Source: Wolbachia endosymbiont of Cimex lectularius (GTDB lineage Bacteria; Pseudomonadota; Alphaproteobacteria; Rickettsiales; Anaplasmataceae). Taken from it: 32,000 bases of DNA. Location of the stretch: NCBI RefSeq assembly GCF_000829315.1, contig NZ_AP013028.1:737574-769573 (forward strand). The letters are read 5' to 3'. The translations under genes and the position numbers were made by a program. Each line of letters starts with the position of its first letter. The first letter of the stretch is position 1. This document shows positions 28,027-32,000 of this stretch, in pieces. The notes under the pieces were generated by a model. The model did not search any database. It was given only the letters and a program-made list of their open reading frames with translations, and was not told the DNA's origin.

Positions 28027-28899
28027 CTATAAAGATTCTGCACCACTTATGACTTCGATCAAGTCAGTTGTAATTGCTGCTTGACGAGAACGATTATAAA
28101 GCAGTGCTAGCTTATTCAGCATCTCTTTAGTGTTTCTATTTGCTGATTCCATTGCAACCATTCTAGCACTATTTTCACTTGTTGCGCTTTCAAGTAAAGC
28201 AGAGTAAAGGGCAGTTGCAACGTAACTTTGAATCAAAGATCGTAAAATAAATTCAGTATTTTGTGGCTCATATTCACAGCTGTAATCTGCTGTTGGATCA
28301 GCCAAAGAGTTATCAATCAAGGATGAATCTTTACTCCATGGTTTTATTGTTTCCAACGTTAGTTTTTGTGTGAAAGTATTATAAAACTTGTTATAGAAAA
28401 CCTCAATTTTATTGTACTGATTGAGATCCATACTATCAATCAAGGATTCTATATGCCTTAGCGTAATTCCCTTGCTATTTTCAATTTTTAAAATACTTTT
28501 AGAGTCAAACCTATTTTTACCTATATCAAAAGCCTTTTTACCCCAAAATACAATGTCTACCCTCCTGCCATTTGCGATTAATTTATTTACATGCTCTTGA
28601 CTAAATTTGACAATGGAAGAATTAAAGTTGCCGCATAAGCCGCGATCAGATGCAATAATAAATACTAGGTGAGGATCGTCATCACTAGTGTTTAAAACTT
28701 TTGCCAGTAATTCTTGATCAACCGCTAACACTAATGAAGAAACAATGCTATGCAGCTTAGATATATACAATTTTGAATTTGATAGCTTTTTTTGGCTCTG
28801 CAATAACTTCGCTGCAGAAACCATTTGCATTATTTTTGTAGTTTTCTGTACAGACCTAATATTCTTAATTCTTAAGGATAATTCCTTTAAGCTCTTCAT
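28027..28899 (-). CDS. atpG: ATP synthase gamma subunit
   Basis: [44 protein letters not shown], and C-terminal [41 protein letters not shown]. Confidence 0.96.
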   Translation of the reverse strand: MKSLKELSLRIKNIRSVQKTTKIMQMVSAAKLLQSQKKLSNSKLYISKLHSIVSSLVLAVDQELLAKVLNTSDDDPHLVFIIASDRGLCGNFNSSIVKFSQEHVNKLIANGRRVDIVFWGKKAFDIGKNRFDSKSILKIENSKGITLRHIESLIDSMDLNQYNKIEVFYNKFYNTFTQKLTLETIKPWSKDSSLIDNSLADPTADYSCEYEPQNTEFILRSLIQSYVATALYSALLESATSENSARMVAMESANRNTKEMLNKLALLYNRSRQAAITTDLIEVISGAESL

Positions 28900-29120
28900 T
28901 CTATATACAACCCTGATTTATTAAAATATACAATTGTTCATATCAAAAAACAAATTCTTTTGATATGAAGAAGATATAATACCAACCTTTGTTATTGGGG
29001 GAGGCAAATAAAATATATCACAAATTCACTCAAACCGGCCAACTGTGGGCAAAAGGAGCGTTTACAGAGTTCTTTCCTTCTCCATCTAATGCCTAACATT
29101 AGATGCTTTTGACAAGATAC

Positions 29121-29440
29121 AAGACAACAGTAGAGAAAATCTACCCAATAGAAGCAAAAAACTACTTGACAAATTCCTCCAAACCCATTATCATAAGGTT
29201 GAAGTTATTATTTATCTTCAGTCTGTGCAGATTAAATGACAAAAAAACTTAGCATATTTGGCGTCTCATGTCTTTTTAAAACTTCTGGTTTTTTACCTAC
29301 ACAAGCTCAAACGCGCTTATAAGTCGTTTAAGACATCAAAAACGCCAATGTTATAAGATAGATAGTGAATAACTAGCTACTCGGGGTTTCTTTGCCTGTT
29401 TTTCTGCTTAGTGAATTTCTTAAATATTTATAGCTAAAAT
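29121..29440 (+). repeat. Copy D of the dispersed intergenic repeat
   Basis: TTGACA 29166-29171, 17 bp, TATCAT 29189-29194. Inverted arms TTGGCGT(29258)/ATGTCTT(29268) versus AAGACAT(29330)/ACGCCAA(29342). Lacks the internal gcactatgtgcac segment found in the other copies. Confidence 0.85.
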
Positions 29441-29530
29441 AACACCGACAACCGTCATTCCGCTACGCGTTAGCGGCTGAGGTACCGCAGCGGCATGACG
29501 TGCTTTCCTTGGTCAGCTATATGAGAATGG

Positions 29531-30190
29531 TTAAATTAACTCTGGAATAGTGTGAATAATTACGTTGTCGTGCTCTGTTAGGTAAAACTCACTGTCTGTA
29601 TCTGTTACCTGATATTCTTTATCAATTTCAGCGGAAGTATAAGAGTGGTATTTCGTTTCTTCATGGTAATTGCAATGCATAAATATGCTATTTTGATCAA
29701 AATAGCCAAATTCATCGATTAATGTAGCCATTTTTTTACCTTCTCCATTATGCGTTAACTCGAACACAGCAGCTGAGTATTTATCTGAATTTGGCTCAGC
29801 AGGTCCTTCTGTATGAAAAACGACGGCCGATGGCCAAATAACTCACTGAGATTGGGGTTATATTCTTTTTTCGCACAATTTAAACTTATGAACTTATATT
29901 CATCCGAAACATTTGAATACTGCGGGTCATATTTTTTATACTCAAAAACTCATTACCAAGTACATTACAAAAGGTCAATTTATAATCACCACTGCTAAAA
30001 CCACTGCCAAATTTAATAACTTTTAAATAATGGAAATCTCTGGGAATAGCCACCTCTTCTTTCGTAACATGATTATGCATGACAACTGATCATTGAGCAT
30101 GTAGTAACCTATTTTTGGTAAGGTAGCCATGGTCTTGTTATTCGAAACAATATTTGCTTCATAGACATCGTCCAGTAATTTTTCTCCTTT
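29531..30190 (-). pseudogene. Decayed ORF(s) of unknown function, with frameshifts
   Basis: Three minus-strand pieces in different frames: ..LLDDVYEANIVSNNKTMATLPKIGYYMLNDQLS.., MHNHVTKEEVAIPRDFHYLKVIKFGSGFSSGDYKLTFCNV.., WPSAVVFHTEGPAEPNSDKYSAAVFELTHNGEGKKMATLIDEFGYF... Confidence 0.45.
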
Positions 30191-30410
30191 TTACAAAGTA
30201 AAGTTCTGCTGTTCATTGTTTGCCTTTGTTAAGCTGGCTATTGTTGCTCTTAGAACCTGACTACCTGCTATAGCTTCTTGTAAATCTTCGTTACTTGCAA
30301 CTTTAGTTACTAGCGTATTTCTATTATCGTTACTCATTAGTTGGGCAGCTACAGCATTAGCTGATGGACTTTCTCCATCTTTACCAGGATCTCCTTTTAT
30401 GCTATCCCTA
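30191..30410 (-). pseudogene. 3' remnant of a collagen-like (GXY) protein, truncated by an IS
   Basis: The minus strand reads RDSIKGDPGKDGESPSANAVAAQLMSNDNRNTLVTKVASNEDLQEAIAGSQVLRATIASLTKANNEQQNFTL* and is open up to the IS border. Confidence 0.6.
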
Positions 30411-31272
30411 AGAACCTGTTTAAAATCTTCGTAACAGGAGAGAAATGAAGGAGAGGACTATCATCTGTAAGCTAGTGTTGAGCTTCCGCTCGCAATTTTT
30501 CCACAATCGCCTGCACTTTTCTAACTAGGCAAAAGAGCGTTCAACAACCCATCTTTTTGGCAATACGACGAAAGTGTGTAACTCACTTCGCTTTATTACT
30601 TCAACAGTCGCACCAATGATAGCTTTTATTTGTGTTGCAAAATTTTCTCCTGTGTAGCCAGCATCAACCAGTATGTTTTTAACTTCAGAGAGGTTTGCTT
30701 TAGCATTTTCGACCATTTTCACAGCACTGCTACGGTCAGTTGCTTCTGCCGTTGTTACATAAATTGCATGTGGCAAACCTTGTGTATCAACTGCAATATG
30801 GCGCTTTATCCCTGAAATCTTTTTACCTGCATCATAGCCTTTTTTTTCAGCAGTATCTGCGTTTTTAACGCTTTGAGAATCAATTATACAAAAGCTAGTT
30901 TTCTCTTTCCGACCATTGCTGATACGGACCTCTCCAACTAATTTTTTTTAAGACTAATTCCAACAAGCTTGGCTCTTCTCCATTCTTTTTACTCCACACT
31001 CGAAAATAGTAATATACGCTTTCCCATCTTGGAAAACCCTTTGGTAACATCCTCCACTGACAACCACTTTTTAAGACGTACAACACCCCACAAAATACGT
31101 CATACAAATCAAGTTTTCTTGGTTTTGTTTTCTGCTTGCTACTCTCCAAAATTGGCCTGATTTTTTCAAACTGCTCTTGACTTATATTACTTGGATAACT
31201 TTTCTGCATAGACACCTCATTATTAATCTATGCTTACTTTACCTCACATTTCCAAGATTTTAAACAGGTTCT
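30411..31272 (-). mobile_element. Full-length IS5-family (ISWpi1-like) insertion sequence, 862 bp, with a nonsense mutation in the transposase
   Basis: Same termini and length as the 1085-1946 copy, flanked by TA on both sides. ORFs at 30895..31215 and 30525..30776. Confidence 0.93.
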
Positions 31273-31274
31273 TA

Positions 31275-31737
31275 GAAGGAACCGCATAGATGTAGTAGAA
31301 GCTCTGTTAAGAGCAGAGGGAATCAATATTAATGAAGATGATTATTCTGGAAACACTCCTTTGCATTGGGCTGTCTATGGTGGCAATTTAGATATAGTAA
31401 AAGCTCTGTTAGATAAGGGAGCAAGTATTAATGTAGTAAATGGGATGGCGATACTCCTCTAGATTTAACTACTAACGAAGAAATAAAAGCTCTATTACAA
31501 AAAGAATCTATCACATCTACAACAGAAGAACAAACAAGCACTTTTTTTGACAGTTTTTTTAGTATACTTATAAAGCCTATTTCATTAATGGTATTATTTT
31601 CTTGTGGTTTAATATCATGGTTGCTTTGGTCTCACATAAAAAAAACTGAAGGAAATGCAGAACAATCTTGTGATCCATTAGTTGGACTAAATGATAGTGA
31701 TTATAACGACCAAAATGATCTACATCTCTTCCAATAA
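31275..31737 (+). pseudogene. Ankyrin-repeat protein remnant with C-terminal TM, 5' truncated and frameshifted
   Basis: NRIDVVEALLRAEGININEDDYSGNTPLHWAVYGGNLDIVKALLDKGASINV, then a frame change to DGDTPLDLTTNEEIKALLQKESITSTTEEQTSTFFDSFFSILIKPISLMVLFSCGLISWLLWSHIKK...LHLFQ*. Confidence 0.75.
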
Positions 31738-32000
31738 ATTTAGTAACATATAGTGTTAATTCCAATTACACAAAGAGCAGATATGCCACTTTACACCGCT
31801 GTTTTACTTGCTTCAGTAAGGGCTTTTTCTTCAGATCTGTTCTCTGAGCAACGGTAGATAAAGTTGTGTGTTCTAGCTCATGAAACACCTTGATAAATCT
31901 TTATCCTTCGCTGTAATATCTAATAGACGTATTTCTGTGCTTGGTGTCTTTTCAACTATTTCCCAGTCACTGATACAAATATCATCTTCTTGTTCTGATA

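Noticed and set aside
31577-31765. 62-aa minus-strand ORF
   Set aside because: Overlaps the antisense of the ankyrin-TM remnant, whose + strand translation has clear domain features.
1-32000. CRISPR array, restriction-modification or retron-like system
   Set aside because: No regularly spaced short repeats, Cas-like ORFs, methyltransferase motifs or reverse-transcriptase YxDD motifs were seen. The repeated elements are dispersed, not arrayed.

Overview
The window looks like a Wolbachia (Rickettsiales) chromosome segment. This is inferred from gene content, base composition, an ISWpi1-like IS5-family element and Wolbachia-type palindromic repeats; no database search was possible. Housekeeping genes present are lepB, the Fe-S cluster genes iscU-iscA-hscB-hscA, ftsY, radA, a quinone oxidoreductase, petA (Rieske protein), gyrA, rsmE, a DEAD-box helicase with an adjacent cold-shock gene, pmbA/tldE, atpG, and tRNA-Pro(TGG) and tRNA-Val(TAC). 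Between them lie lineage-specific genes: a 660-aa coiled-coil/double-TM protein behind a degenerate J-domain ORF, a 680-aa ankyrin protein, an 825-aa coiled-coil protein with an SV40-like nuclear localisation motif, an acidic low-complexity ORF cut by an IS, and ankyrin and collagen-like remnants. The most interesting unexplained signals are: (1) a four-copy, same-orientation intergenic repeat family, each copy starting with a perfect TTGACA, an exact 17-bp spacer and TATCAT/TATTAT, followed by a long imperfect inverted repeat (candidate ncRNA family or MITE); (2) two in-frame palindromic-repeat insertions inside hscA; (3) the coiled-coil protein with the NLS-like motif, which overlaps rsmE tail-to-tail; (4) IS-associated rearrangement junctions at both ends of the window. 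I did not recognise a defence system, CRISPR array, toxin-antitoxin pair or cifA/cifB pair.
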